From Candidatus Bathyarchaeota archaeon (GTDB lineage: Archaea; Thermoproteota; Bathyarchaeia; 40CM-2-53-6; RBG-13-38-9): 64,000 nt of DNA. This document shows, piece by piece, positions 31,516-42,278 of the stretch. The position numbers and the translations under genes were made by a program. How positions within the stretch are numbered: position 1 is the stretch's first letter; each line of letters starts with the position of its first letter. The stretch covers positions 480,001 to 544,000 of the forward strand of contig CAWECG010000004.1 of NCBI GenBank assembly GCA_963807605.1, in the 5' to 3' direction. Below the pieces are notes generated by a model, which did not search any database, was not told the DNA's origin, and saw only the letters and a list, made by a program, of their open reading frames with translations.

Positions 31516-33531
31516 TTATAGTATTTTTGGAAAGATCCTTCCTCGATAAACTATGTCGCCCCTACCGGCAGGGATCAGTCTTGCCGCCTCATCGGGGGGG
31601 AGACGATTAAGCTTATCTCTAATGAACTCAGGACTTGAATTCTTCAGGATCTCGATTATGCTCTTGGCTAATCTTCCTGAAGAGGTCCGCCCAGGGACGA
31701 CCTCGACATAGGCGGTTGACTGTTTTTTTATTGTAGAGGGGGGACCTGCAATGAGTCTTATCTCCCCTTCCTCTGCTTCTTGTTCGACTCCAATAGCCAT
31801 CTTCAACTCTATCCCTCGGATGTAGTTCCTCTTTCCGGTCATCATGAACTGCCCCCTGCCGAGGTATTCTCCGCTTGGAGCTTTGGTTCCTACTTGTTGT
31901 GCGCTAACCCAGTATACGTCAACCGAGCTAAGGTTCAGAGACCACGCTTTACTCCTCGAAGCGGCTGCCTGCGCGGCTTCCGATAGTGTGGATTCAGGGA
32001 CTACTTTATCCTCGGTCTTGATTATTGTGAAGGGGGCACCGTGGATCTCTGCGTGAAAAACCAGATCGTTCCGCTGGAGATGGCGTCGTATAAGTAGATC
32101 ATTAGTTGAGGCATCCTTTCCTGCTAACACGAGAAATCCGTCGGAACTCTTGAACCAGTGAAATTTCTCATACCAAGCTCTCTCTCGAATGGGTGTTGGA
32201 ATCTTGGCCTGTGCCTTCCTGAGAGCTGCCCTAGACGAGAGATCCTGGATCTTAGACTCTATTTCGCTAGTCGATTGTTCCAGCCCTTTGAGTTTTTGGA
32301 CCGCCTTCTTCGCAGCAGCGTAGTACTCTTTGGCGACCTGCTGAGGGCTCTTGTCTAGACGTATTTGAAGGGCCACACCCTCAATGCTGAGTTTCACTTC
32401 GTCTAGCAGAATCTCAAATGTTACCTCCGATTCTAAACCTGGAATCTCTCGGCTCACCACTTGATTGAGTTCTTTGATATTAGATTCCTTGTCCCTAGCT
32501 TTGTAGATAGCCTGCATAAGCCTGGTTATGGTGTGGAAATGTTGGTAGATGATGTCGCCTCTTTCTCTGTTTGTTTTGATCGTCTCTTGAAGTAATATCC
32601 TCTGTTCTGCTTGTTCTTTCGAGACGCGCCTTAGTCTTGCTTCTTCCTCTTTTTGAACGGTCTGAACTTTCTCGAGTTCAATGGTAGTTGCTTGCGTTGA
32701 GAAGAATTCATCAACGACTTCATTATATGTCTTGAATTGCGTGAAGGTTTTCCCTTCGTATATCTTCAAAGGAAATGGGATGGCATCAATAGGATTGCTC
32801 TTATCATCTGTTATAATAGCAGGCTCAAATTCCCTTTCGATTATGCGGCGTTTGAGAATTACAAGTGATCGGGCTATCCCCTTTACTTGAGTTTCATTAA
32901 GATCCTTTGCAGGTAGTTTGTTGTCGATTCCTGAATGAAGCAGGATCTCTTCAGCGTAGAGAGGGCCTAGGGAAACGAGGGACATTAATGCTTTCAAACA
33001 TGTAGTATCACCGGTTTTCTTGATTGCTTCTAGTTCATCAGACTGCATGCTAAGAGGGTTCAGTCCGCTCAGGGGGGCAGGTCGGTAGGGTTCATTCCTG
33101 ATTACATCTCTGTCGCGCATTCTTGCATATCTTAGGCTGAGTCGGACCCTATTCTCGGGGTCAACGACTATCAAGTTCCCTCTTCTGAAGACTTCGGCAA
33201 CAAGAAGAAACTTCCCTTCACCGGTTGATATCGTCAAAGTGACCACCCTGTCGAACTCATGTTGCTCAACAGTCTGGATGGTCCCATCAACCAGGTATTT
33301 CCGCAGGGCCATGCAGAAGTTGCTTGGCTTCTGTGGAATTGGATAGTCGAATCTAGTGAGATGTATTCTTCTCTCAATCTCGACCAGAAGTCTGAGATTG
33401 TCTGGTCGTAGTCTGATTATGAAGGTTTTTGGAATAATGTGGTAAATGTTATCTAGCCGTTGCCCAACTATTTTGTCTGCCAATTCGAGGGTAACGACCG
33501 CAATGTCCACACTTGAGAGAGCATCTTTCAT
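31516..33531 (-). CDS. rqcH: Ribosome quality control protein Rqc2/NEMF (archaeal RqcH)
   Basis: FCMALRKYL, FDRVV, WYEKFHWF, AGKDA..ND, SGEYL. Confidence 0.93.
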   Translation of the reverse strand: MKDALSSVDIAVVTLELADKIVGQRLDNIYHIIPKTFIIRLRPDNLRLLVEIERRIHLTRFDYPIPQKPSNFCMALRKYLVDGTIQTVEQHEFDRVVTLTISTGEGKFLLVAEVFRRGNLIVVDPENRVRLSLRYARMRDRDVIRNEPYRPAPLSGLNPLSMQSDELEAIKKTGDTTCLKALMSLVSLGPLYAEEILLHSGIDNKLPAKDLNETQVKGIARSLVILKRRIIEREFEPAIITDDKSNPIDAIPFPLKIYEGKTFTQFKTYNEVVDEFFSTQATTIELEKVQTVQKEEEARLRRVSKEQAEQRILLQETIKTNRERGDIIYQHFHTITRLMQAIYKARDKESNIKELNQVVSREIPGLESEVTFEILLDEVKLSIEGVALQIRLDKSPQQVAKEYYAAAKKAVQKLKGLEQSTSEIESKIQDLSSRAALRKAQAKIPTPIRERAWYEKFHWFKSSDGFLVLAGKDASTNDLLIRRHLQRNDLVFHAEIHGAPFTIIKTEDKVVPESTLSEAAQAAASRSKAWSLNLSSVDVYWVSAQQVGTKAPSGEYLGRGQFMMTGKRNYIRGIELKMAIGVEQEAEEGEIRLIAGPPSTIKKQSTAYVEVVPGRTSSGRLAKSIIEILKNSSPEFIRDKLNRLPPDEAARLIPAGRGDIVYRGRIFPKIL

Positions 33532-33838
33532 TCTGCAATCACCTAGGGGAGCAACGACTAAGTCTGGACGTTATAGGCCTTCCACATTTGTTTATTGGTC
33601 TAGATTCGGATTGGGAATTCTTGCTGCACTGCTCTCTTATGGTTTGCACTTGAAGGGTTCAAGTGGCCTAACCATGGCAACATTCCTCTATTTGCTCTCG
33701 ATTATAGTGGTCAGGCGCCTCTACTTGAGTGAGAAGTCTCTTCAAACAGGCGGCAAAACAGTGATCTTAGGACTGGGAACCTATATCTTCGCCTGGGCGG
33801 CGATCTGGATTTTTCTCTACACTCTCATGCCGTACTAG
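33446..33838 (+). CDS. Small 3-TM membrane protein, EMC6/Rab5IF-like (start uncertain)
   Basis: YWSR..LG..A, three hydrophobic helices, GLGTYIFAW...Y. Confidence 0.6.
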   Translation: MLSSRCPTILSANSRVTTAMSTLERASFILQSPRGATTKSGRYRPSTFVYWSRFGLGILAALLSYGLHLKGSSGLTMATFLYLLSIIVVRRLYLSEKSLQTGGKTVILGLGTYIFAWAAIWIFLYTLMPY

Positions 33839-34232
33839 CCGGGGACTCTTCCGAGCTGACTTCAGAGTCTAGTTCTGTCTCCCTAGCGGTCTCAGAGCGG
33901 TTCCAAGGCTTTACTTCTTCCAGCGTCACTGTGTAGTCTGTAAGGGCTGTGAAGTAGCCTTTATCGTAGTCAGCGTGAAGTTCATTTGTTGAGTGCTTCT
34001 TAAATTCTTCTTTGAGCTTCTTAACTATGTTCTCATCTAGCTTGATCCTCTGAAGATAGAGATATCTACCGTCGTTTGACCTTAAAGTTAGGAGTAGGCC
34101 TTCTAAGGCTTTGAGGTATCCCCGGTTCCATTCAGAGTTGTCTAGGACGCCTTTTAATGCCTCGATTTTTTCCTCGCTCTCTTTGAGTCTCCGCTGAGCA
34201 ACAGCGTTAAGATAAGGGGTGGCTGCTTCCAG
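33825..34232 (-). CDS. Hypothetical protein downstream of radA, missed by the ORF track (non-canonical start)
   Basis: Hand translation gives 135 aa with no stop: LEAATPYLNAVAQRRLKESEE..EWNRGYLKALEG..HADYDKGYF..STA*. Candidate starts CTG 34232 or ATA 34247. Confidence 0.8.
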   Translation of the reverse strand: MEAATPYLNAVAQRRLKESEEKIEALKGVLDNSEWNRGYLKALEGLLLTLRSNDGRYLYLQRIKLDENIVKKLKEEFKKHSTNELHADYDKGYFTALTDYTVTLEEVKPWNRSETARETELDSEVSSEESPASTA

Positions 34233-34243
34233 GTTCGAAGGTT

Positions 34244-35251
34244 TTATTTCCCAGCTTCCTCCTCGTCGACATCTTCTATCCCGTTCTCCGTGATCTTGAA
34301 GAGTCTCTCACCCTCTGGCAGGTAGGGGCTGGAGACGAGTCTTGCGATTCTGACGGGGCCGCTGGCTGTCCTGCGTAAGAAGATCCTTGTGTGGCTTGTG
34401 TGTGCAACTATATGTCCGCCAACAGCCTCAACGGCCATGGCGAAGAAAGCATCTGGCCTTGACATCACTTGATTTGTTACTACGGCCACTGCGTTGAAGG
34501 CCCTTGCCAGTCTCGAGAGTCTGTGCATATGTTTGTTTATCTTTTGCTGTCTCTCAGCCAGCATTTCCCTTCCCAGATACTCGCTTCGGAAGTGGGCTGT
34601 CAATGAGTCTATTATTATGAGGCGGATGTTGTTCTGTTTTATTATTTGGTCAGCCTTCTCGAGGAGAAGTATTTGGTGGTCGCTATTGTATGCTTCTGAG
34701 TAGATTATGTTCTTTGCGACAGTCTCCGGCTCCATACCAAGGTGTTTGGACATTCGCACTATCCATTCGGGTCTGAAGGTCTGTTCTGTATCTATGTAGA
34801 GTGCTCCTCCATTCAGGCCTCCTTGGTCAACCGGCTTCTGAACATTGACGCAGAGCTGGTGGCACAATATTGATTTACCGACACCATATTGCCCATAGAA
34901 CTCAGTGATCGTCATGCTCTCCAAGCCGCCACCTACCAGTTCATCAATAGTCTTACTTCCTGAGCTGAGCCGCAGTAGATTCTCTCGCATCTTTATGAGT
35001 TCATTTGCCGGTATGAAGGATATTGAAATGCTATCTCGTGCTTGAGAGATTATCTTGGCTGCCTGCTTCTCACTTATTCCCACTGGGACTAGCTCTTTCA
35101 CAGTGGCGGTTGCCAGAGACTCGATAGTCTGGTATCCTAGCTCTCTTAGTTTGTCTGCGGTGGCAGGTCCGACTCCTCCAAGATCTTCTATCGAATCGAA
35201 CTTTTGCTTGGTCTCCTCAGTGACCTCATTTGCGCTTTTCTTGGCAGGCAG
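34244..35251 (-). CDS. radA: DNA repair and recombination protein RadA (CTG start)
   Basis: HhH IEDLGGVGPATADKL lies upstream of the track start; Walker A GQYGVGKS, IDTE.TFRPE, IIDSLTAHFRSEY. Confidence 0.96.
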   Translation of the reverse strand: MPAKKSANEVTEETKQKFDSIEDLGGVGPATADKLRELGYQTIESLATATVKELVPVGISEKQAAKIISQARDSISISFIPANELIKMRENLLRLSSGSKTIDELVGGGLESMTITEFYGQYGVGKSILCHQLCVNVQKPVDQGGLNGGALYIDTEQTFRPEWIVRMSKHLGMEPETVAKNIIYSEAYNSDHQILLLEKADQIIKQNNIRLIIIDSLTAHFRSEYLGREMLAERQQKINKHMHRLSRLARAFNAVAVVTNQVMSRPDAFFAMAVEAVGGHIVAHTSHTRIFLRRTASGPVRIARLVSSPYLPEGERLFKITENGIEDVDEEEAGK

Positions 35252-35451
35252 TTTATCTTCACCTCAATAAGATTTTGTAACTTCTGTCTTCGCTGGATCC
35301 GGGGCAGAATGTTCTCTACTTCTAGACTGTTTGAGAGAGCGGATATAAGAGGAAGAGTGGTCTGAAAGTTCTTCCCATCCTGAATTCGGAGTTAGACGCT
35401 TGTATTTGTTCATTGTACTATACTTTTACCTTCTCAGTCTTGCGCGTGTTC

Positions 35452-36201
35452 TTACCTCATTCCACGACCGCCGCCTACTGTAAGAACCTCGCCCGTGATG
35501 AAGTCTGATTCCTCAGATGCCAGAAAGAGCGCCGCATATGCGATTTCATCAGGCTTTCCTATCCTCTTCATGAGCGTCTCATCGATGACTCTATTCTTCC
35601 ACTCAGGAGTGAAGAAAGTCACCATATCAGTCTCAATGACTCCAGGAGAGATTGCATTGACGTTGATGTTTGGCCCCAAGTTTACCGCCAGTGAACGTGT
35701 CAGACCAATTACTCCAGCTTTGGACGCTACGTAAGGCGTGTTTCCAAGGGCTGTCCTCTGAGCCAGTCCGCAGACCGATGCTATGTTGACTATCTTGCCT
35801 CTCTTCTGGTTGAGCATGATCGGTGCAACCTCTTTACAGCAGAGGTAGGCGCCTTTCAGGTTGATGCCCATCGTCTTGTCCCAAATCTCTTCTGTGGAGT
35901 CAAGAAAGGTCGCTGGAACTAGTATCCCCGCGTTGTTGACGAGAATGTCTATTCGGCCGAATTTTTCAATGGTTTTCTCAACCATCCTCTTGACTTGGTC
36001 TGCCTTGGAGACATCGCCCTTCACAAGTAACGCTTCCCCCCCATTCTTCCTGATCTCTTCCGCTAGGCTTGTGGCCTCTTTCTCGGATCTGCTGTAGTTA
36101 ATTACGACTTTGGCTCCTTCTTGAGCGAAGAGTCTTGCTGTCGCGCGGCCGATTCCACGGCCGGCGCCTGTTACGATTGCAACTTTGCCTTTCAATCTCA
36201 T
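35452..36201 (-). CDS. SDR oxidoreductase, FabG-like
   Basis: TGAGRGIG, NNAG, YVASK. Confidence 0.94.
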   Translation of the reverse strand: MRLKGKVAIVTGAGRGIGRATARLFAQEGAKVVINYSRSEKEATSLAEEIRKNGGEALLVKGDVSKADQVKRMVEKTIEKFGRIDILVNNAGILVPATFLDSTEEIWDKTMGINLKGAYLCCKEVAPIMLNQKRGKIVNIASVCGLAQRTALGNTPYVASKAGVIGLTRSLAVNLGPNINVNAISPGVIETDMVTFFTPEWKNRVIDETLMKRIGKPDEIAYAALFLASEESDFITGEVLTVGGGRGMR

Positions 36202-36502
36202 ACATTACACCCGGATCATAAGTTGAGCAGGAAGCATGGTCTTTTCTAGACGCTTCTAAAGCTTTCGAGAGAACTGCTGGCAGAGTGGTGAGCGAGCGCG
36301 TGGTGACGAGCGCCTCCTATCTCACAGGGACAGAATGAGTTTACCAGTCATAGTGTCCAAGAACAGAGTTCCAGTATTGCCGACGGATAGCCTCCACTAG
36401 AACTCGTGTATGTTTGAATTCTCACAATTCTAGGAGGAACTCGTCTTCTTGTAGACGTGCTTAGCAGCTACGGCAGGGAGGTGCCGTAAGATCGGACACA
36501 CA

Positions 36503-37048
36503 TTACAAACCGCGAGCCAATTCGTACGCATCTTCACTAATCTTTTCAAGCTCTGTCTTTGTGGGTTTTCCTCGTATATCCCCCATTCTGCCTTTGGTGC
36601 TCAGCTCCTCAGATCCATGAAACTCACCAAGCACACACCATTCACCAACTGACGTGAAACCAAGATGCTCGAGGAATTGCCCCATGATCTTGCAGACAGG
36701 GATGGCTTCGTTCATTCCCGTATGGGGACCCGAGTATGTACAGAATGGCAGCACATATTTCCCAGAAATTGCAGGTGAGCCAGTCTTAACCAATCCTTTG
36801 CCTCGATAGTACTCATGCTTCTTCATCAAGAAGTCACTGACCGATTTCATCGGCTGCCATTGGTACGACGGTGAACCGATACAGACGAGATCAAAATCGA
36901 AGTAGCCTATATCCCCGGCATCCGCCGCCTTCCGGAGGAGAACACCCACTCCTGCTCGTTCCAACCCATTCTTTATTGCATGAGCGACCTTCTCCGTGTT
37001 GCCACCCTTTGAATCGTATATTATGATCGCTTGTTTCAAACTGTCCAA
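36503..37048 (-). CDS. Flavodoxin-family protein
   Basis: IYDSKGGNTEKVA, GSPSY. Confidence 0.88.
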   Translation of the reverse strand: MDSLKQAIIIYDSKGGNTEKVAHAIKNGLERAGVGVLLRKAADAGDIGYFDFDLVCIGSPSYQWQPMKSVSDFLMKKHEYYRGKGLVKTGSPAISGKYVLPFCTYSGPHTGMNEAIPVCKIMGQFLEHLGFTSVGEWCVLGEFHGSEELSTKGRMGDIRGKPTKTELEKISEDAYELARGL

Positions 37049-37403
37049 GACACCTGTCGAAGATTTGATTCAGAAAATATAGGTACGCTTGGAGAATGAT
37101 ATAAGCGGAATGCTGCACTCGCAAGTTACGGACACTACTTTGGTTACGCGAGCTATGACAAGCGCTTTCTTATCTGGGTCAATCGATCTAATCATGTATC
37201 TTAATTATTCAAGGGAGGTTTTGCAGGACCATCGTGGGCATTATCGAGAAAGCGCTCGCGTAATGGCCGATCTACGCTAGACTCAATTTGGCCAAAGCTC
37301 TTCAGTAGAGACTCGTGGGCATGACGTGCGCCAAATCCGTCTACCTTCAAATTTCAGAATGTCTATTCATCGTTGAAAAGCGCTGCCGGATTCCATGTTA
37401 CAG

Positions 37404-39977
37404 TCAGTTTCTATTTAGGATCTTTAGTGCTAGCAATGGGACGAATAGGGATCCTAGAATTATAGTTGATAGAACCAGAATCGAAGAAGTAATCATAATC
37501 AGAGTCGACATGTAAGTGAGCAGGCCGACTGTCAAGAGTAAAATGGAGAACACTAAGACCAAGGCTGTCCAAGTGAGCAGTCTTTTACATCTCTTCTGGC
37601 CTGCTCTTCTGGACGCGACGGCCAGTACCGGACCAAGGTAGATGATACCAATCAAAAGACTGGCGATGAGTCCTGCAATTGTAACCGCAACCTCCGGTGC
37701 GAATGCTAGGTTCGTATATGATATCTCTGACAAATGGAGAATGCCCAGCAGTGGGAGAAGGAGAACCTTGATAGGATCCCTCACCGAGGGAGTCTGCACG
37801 ATCCAACTGGCGACTTTAGGGCTGAACGAGTAGTACCAGGTGTTGAAGACTTTCATGAATTCTGTGCCTGCAACTGTTGAGAGCACGAGATTATCCCGGA
37901 AACCTCTTAGGAACTGTACCTCTGGGGCGAGTTCAGACCCGTAGGTGGCGGTCGCGATTATGCATTTACCGATTGAGGAGGTCTTGTTGATCACGTCGAG
38001 CCCTAGAGGAGTTGTATGAGTTTTGCTGGCGCTGGATGCCGTTAAAGTCAAACTGTAAAGTCCAGGACTGGTCGAATTGCTGGTTTGAATTGTCAACTTG
38101 GTGTACACGTAGCCACCGGAAAAAGGAGCGATAGCTGGATTTGTTATTGAATAGGTAACGCCGGTTGGGACATTTTGAAGTGCAAGATTAACTGTATCTG
38201 TAAAACTGTTTATTGAGACTACTTGAATTGTGGCCGTACCGGAGCTATTCTGAGTAACCGAGAGTGTAGCGGGTAACACGTATACTGAAAAGTCAGGCGC
38301 ATTAAGCGTGCTAATAGTAATTGTTACTTGAGAAGACTTTGAAGAGACGCCGGGGCTGCTTCCAGTTACTGTGATGTTGTATGTGCCGGGGATGGCATCG
38401 GGAGCAACTGAGACATTTAGCGTTGACTGCACAGGTGAATTAGGATTAGGGGTTACACTGCTGGGTGAAAATACGCCGGCGGTTCCCGGTGGATTATTCG
38501 TCAATGCCAGCGATACGGGAGAATTGAAGTTGTTGAATGAAGTTACTGTGACCGTGAATGTTGTGGAGCTGCCTCGAAAGGCATTGTTCGCAGTGGGCGA
38601 TGCTGAGAGGGTGAAGTAGGGTGTTGTTGACTGGCTGACAGTAACAGATGCGGTTGCACTATGTGTGAGAGAGCCCCCTGTGCCAGTTACAGTAAACTGG
38701 GAAGCTCCAGTAGCAGTGCTTGAACTGGTCGATATGCTCAGCATGATTGGGATGCCTGCGCTTGTCGGAGTGACACCATTGCTGTTGAAGGCAGCTGTAC
38801 TTCCGGTAGGAATACCTGAAATACTCAGAGTTACAGGTGAGGAGAAGCTGCCACCAGAGAGCAACATCACCGTATAGGATGCTGTTGAGCCTACGACTAC
38901 GCTCTGGGTAGGCGGAGTTACTCCTATACTGAAATCATTTCCTGCGAAAACATTTAGGATAACTGAGACTTGGTGTACTGCCGCGGTATCTTGGCCCGTA
39001 ATGGTTACCAGAAACTTCCCGGTTCCAACGCCGATTGCTGTAGAAGGCCTAATTATCAGGTTCAAACGACTGGGCGTACTAGTGTCGGTGACGTTTTGAG
39101 GAGTGAAAGTGTAAGAGGAGCCTGGAGGTAAACCGGTAGCGCTCAAGGTGACAGTACTTACAGTTTGATTCAATATCCGGTTAGGAGTCACAGTAATAAC
39201 GTAGGTTGCTGAGGAGCCCTGAGTTGCAGTATTGGTTCGCGTTAAAGTTTTAAGGAAGAAGTCTGGGGTGCCTATGGGTAGAGTTGGTGGAGTTGCCACT
39301 GAATATTGGTCGCATTGGAACTGCAACCGGTAACTCTTTATATCATCTGTATTTGAAGCGGTAATCCCAAAACTCGCAGAATAAGCGCCAGGCATGTTGG
39401 GGTAAGTTAGGTTAATTGAACTTACGTACGACCAGTTTGCATAATTCACGCTACCAAGGCTATCGTAAAAGGTTGCAATTGCCTGGACAAAAGTCACATT
39501 GTTCTTAGCTGTGTTGCTGACTTGACCACTTAGATGGTATCTGCCTGAATTATCTACAGAGGGTAGGATGTTGTAAGCGGTAAAGTTTCTGTAAGGCACG
39601 TTGTCAAAGACATTCGTGGCAACGCTAGGCGCGTCGAAACTCGGGTATTGGGAGCTTAGAGTACTGTTCGCCAGCATCAAGTCAAAAGGAGCTTTCTGAC
39701 CAGGGATCAATAAATCGACCATGGTATTTGTTGAAACAGGTACAGAGACGCCGCTGGGGAGTCGAAATGTGGTGGAGACTAGAGCGGAAATATTTGTCGA
39801 ACCAGTGTTAGTCACTTCACCGAACACATGGAACCATCCATCGGCGTAAATTCCTCCGGTAGTGTTGGTGCCTACCACCTGCCCTTCGACTCTGCCGCTT
39901 GGCAGTAGAAAAGAAGAGCATCCAAGTAGGACAATAAGTAGAATCAGCCTTTTTGCTAGCTGCATGGCTAAAGCCAC
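37404..39977 (-). CDS. Large Ser/Thr-rich surface protein with Ig-like repeats and CFI-box-CTERM domain
   Basis: Signal peptide, FxLYD-like N-terminal domains, four ~100-aa beta repeats, CIIATATYGSELAPEVQFLRGFRD, C-terminal TMs. Confidence 0.9.
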   Translation of the reverse strand: MALAMQLAKRLILLIVLLGCSSFLLPSGRVEGQVVGTNTTGGIYADGWFHVFGEVTNTGSTNISALVSTTFRLPSGVSVPVSTNTMVDLLIPGQKAPFDLMLANSTLSSQYPSFDAPSVATNVFDNVPYRNFTAYNILPSVDNSGRYHLSGQVSNTAKNNVTFVQAIATFYDSLGSVNYANWSYVSSINLTYPNMPGAYSASFGITASNTDDIKSYRLQFQCDQYSVATPPTLPIGTPDFFLKTLTRTNTATQGSSATYVITVTPNRILNQTVSTVTLSATGLPPGSSYTFTPQNVTDTSTPSRLNLIIRPSTAIGVGTGKFLVTITGQDTAAVHQVSVILNVFAGNDFSIGVTPPTQSVVVGSTASYTVMLLSGGSFSSPVTLSISGIPTGSTAAFNSNGVTPTSAGIPIMLSISTSSSTATGASQFTVTGTGGSLTHSATASVTVSQSTTPYFTLSASPTANNAFRGSSTTFTVTVTSFNNFNSPVSLALTNNPPGTAGVFSPSSVTPNPNSPVQSTLNVSVAPDAIPGTYNITVTGSSPGVSSKSSQVTITISTLNAPDFSVYVLPATLSVTQNSSGTATIQVVSINSFTDTVNLALQNVPTGVTYSITNPAIAPFSGGYVYTKLTIQTSNSTSPGLYSLTLTASSASKTHTTPLGLDVINKTSSIGKCIIATATYGSELAPEVQFLRGFRDNLVLSTVAGTEFMKVFNTWYYSFSPKVASWIVQTPSVRDPIKVLLLPLLGILHLSEISYTNLAFAPEVAVTIAGLIASLLIGIIYLGPVLAVASRRAGQKRCKRLLTWTALVLVFSILLLTVGLLTYMSTLIMITSSILVLSTIILGSLFVPLLALKILNRN

Positions 39978-40370
39978 ATACTCCTTGTTAACTCAAGGCT
40001 ATTTAGTTCTTTTCGCAGGAAGCACGAGCTATCTTTCCACTGGAGCCCCTCCTAGGATGATCTGTTAGCAGTACAAAAAAGCAGTGTCGACACCAAGCAC
40101 AATCAATTAACGGTGGCGTCGGAGCCTGCCCGTTCTTCTCGATTATACGCGCTTAGATCCCGGTAGCACTCCAGAGTTTGTGGTAACTTATCCTTTTGAG
40201 GTTAGGAGAAAAGTGAAGGAGGTCGAGAGAATCATAAGGGGTCTGCGGCAGTCCCGAGGGTTCAACAGCCTCAAAAGAACTTGAGTGATAGAGGCGTACA
40301 ATAAATGGAAAAAGCGGAACAGAGCTCATACGGACGACGTGTAGTGGCCCTGTCCCTTCAGGTCATTGGG

Positions 40371-40817
40371 TTACTTGCCTGCTATACCTAGAATTGCGCC
40401 TATGACTCCAAAGATCAGCGCTATCAGTCCTATCGCCAGCACTACGTAAACCCAGACTACGGTTATGAAGTAGACAACCACCAAGTAGACATTGGCTAGG
40501 GAGCATAAGAATACCATGATCCCGCCTAAAGCTAGGTAGCGCTGCCATATGAGGAAAGCCCCGAGGAAGATGAGTATGCCAAGAATTGTACCCGCCACAA
40601 CTCCGCCATACATGTAAGGAGCTAACCATCCGGGCACGTCACCCGGAAACAGATAGGCTACGAGTGTTGCTGCGATCCCTGCAAGGATTGTTATGATGCC
40701 GGCGATTAGGGATAATGCAAATCCTTTGACGGCTCTAGGCCTCGGAATAAATGTTGGCGGCGGCGGATAACCTACAATAGGAATAGGGATAGCGCGTAGA
40801 AGTTCACGGCTCATCAT
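40371..40817 (-). CDS. Four-TM membrane protein
   Basis: Pro-rich leader then four hydrophobic helices. Confidence 0.75.
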   Translation of the reverse strand: MMSRELLRAIPIPIVGYPPPPTFIPRPRAVKGFALSLIAGIITILAGIAATLVAYLFPGDVPGWLAPYMYGGVVAGTILGILIFLGAFLIWQRYLALGGIMVFLCSLANVYLVVVYFITVVWVYVVLAIGLIALIFGVIGAILGIAGK

Positions 40818-40944
40818 TTTCCCAGCTACTAAGAGTAGTAGGTTGAATAATTCTTAAGACTTTGGATTCTCACAAGTTGCCAGCCTATCGGTCTTAGGTT
40901 CTTTGATCCTTCGTCATGTGTTGAAGATGTTAATCGTCTGAGGT

Positions 40945-42210
40945 TTAGGTAAGTACAAGAACCGCCGATATCAGGAGCACTGCACCGATTATTGTCCTCT
41001 GCACAAGCCTTCCTTTGAACTGGACTGTACTCAGACGGTTGACTTTGATCATGCCTAGCCCTATGAGTAAACCAATCACAATAATGGGCGTGGCCACTCC
41101 CAATGTGAAGATAATGATGTCCATCAACGGAGTAACTGAATTGACCAGCAGGATCAAAAGAAATAGTGCAATGCATGGGAGTTTTATCAGTGAGAATATA
41201 ACGCCGAGGACGAAGTCGTAAACGGGACTGTTCGTGCTTCTGGCTGTATCGAGAAAATTCTTTACGGGTTGGGGGGTTTTGAACAGGGGCACCTTTGGTT
41301 CAATGCTGCTGCCGCCCCCCCATTTTCGGGAATAGATGTCTTGACCAACTTCTACAAAGTAGAGAAGTCCCATGCCGATCAGGATCAAGGCGATTAGCCA
41401 AGTCAGTGATACCAGAGATCCCATTACAGCTGGGTTCGATGCGATTAGAGAGAAGAAGATGATGTACGCGTAGATCAGCCCCAGTGAGATTAGGCCGATC
41501 CTCCTAGCTACGCTTTTGAGTTCAGTCTTTGTTGCGGTTGCAAAGAAGAAGGACACAAGTGCGATCAAGCATGGATTGAAACCAGATATCGCTCCGAGAG
41601 CAAAAACCAGAGGCTGCGAGAACCGCGCTTCCTTCTTCACCTGAACTGGTCGTATCACAGATCCCCTTGCAAGGTAGTAGGCTGCTTTCTGAACTTTCAT
41701 GTCGTCAAGCGGTGGAATAAAGACCATGCCAACTTTCGAGTTATGGATGACAACCACGGTCCCGCCGAACTCGCTTCCGGAGATGTTGAACGCTTTGAAG
41801 TAGGCTTCTCCAACATCCTTCCTTCTGAAGTAGTTGATCGCGTTGATTGTTATCTCATTGTCAGTGAGGTTTCCTTTCCATGTCGGATATGATTTCGTGA
41901 TATACAGGTTCTTTGTGTCCTCGCAAGCGGGGCAACTGGTATAGTAGAGAAATACAATGTGGGTCTTGTTGTCCAAGTTCAGTCCCTTCTGCGGTTCGAA
42001 AAATATGGCAGGGACTCCAAGAATATTCTGTGGTTGAATACCTTCGCTTTGCGGACTTTTGTTTACATTCTTTGCCATCAAGAACCAAGCATTTCCGAGA
42101 GTTGCAACGAGGATAACCAGGATTACCAGTAGGAAAAGAAGATACTTCGCGTTCTTTGAGGACACCTCGCTTCCACATCTCCTTCCGAGTGATCTTCGCA
42201 GGTTATTCAT
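40945..42210 (-). CDS. Thioredoxin-domain/CcdA-like disulfide transporter fusion
   Basis: CPAC domain followed by 6 TM with NPC and LPC. Confidence 0.82.
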   Translation of the reverse strand: MNNLRRSLGRRCGSEVSSKNAKYLLFLLVILVILVATLGNAWFLMAKNVNKSPQSEGIQPQNILGVPAIFFEPQKGLNLDNKTHIVFLYYTSCPACEDTKNLYITKSYPTWKGNLTDNEITINAINYFRRKDVGEAYFKAFNISGSEFGGTVVVIHNSKVGMVFIPPLDDMKVQKAAYYLARGSVIRPVQVKKEARFSQPLVFALGAISGFNPCLIALVSFFFATATKTELKSVARRIGLISLGLIYAYIIFFSLIASNPAVMGSLVSLTWLIALILIGMGLLYFVEVGQDIYSRKWGGGSSIEPKVPLFKTPQPVKNFLDTARSTNSPVYDFVLGVIFSLIKLPCIALFLLILLVNSVTPLMDIIIFTLGVATPIIVIGLLIGLGMIKVNRLSTVQFKGRLVQRTIIGAVLLISAVLVLT

Positions 42211-42278
42211 CTAGGCAATAAGCTTCCAAGCTAAACGTAATGTTCCTATTAGAACCTATTCATACTGTCTGAGCGACA

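Noticed and set aside
36285-36313. Short imperfect tandem GTGGTGA(G)CGAGCGC
   Set aside because: Two short units only; no assignable function.
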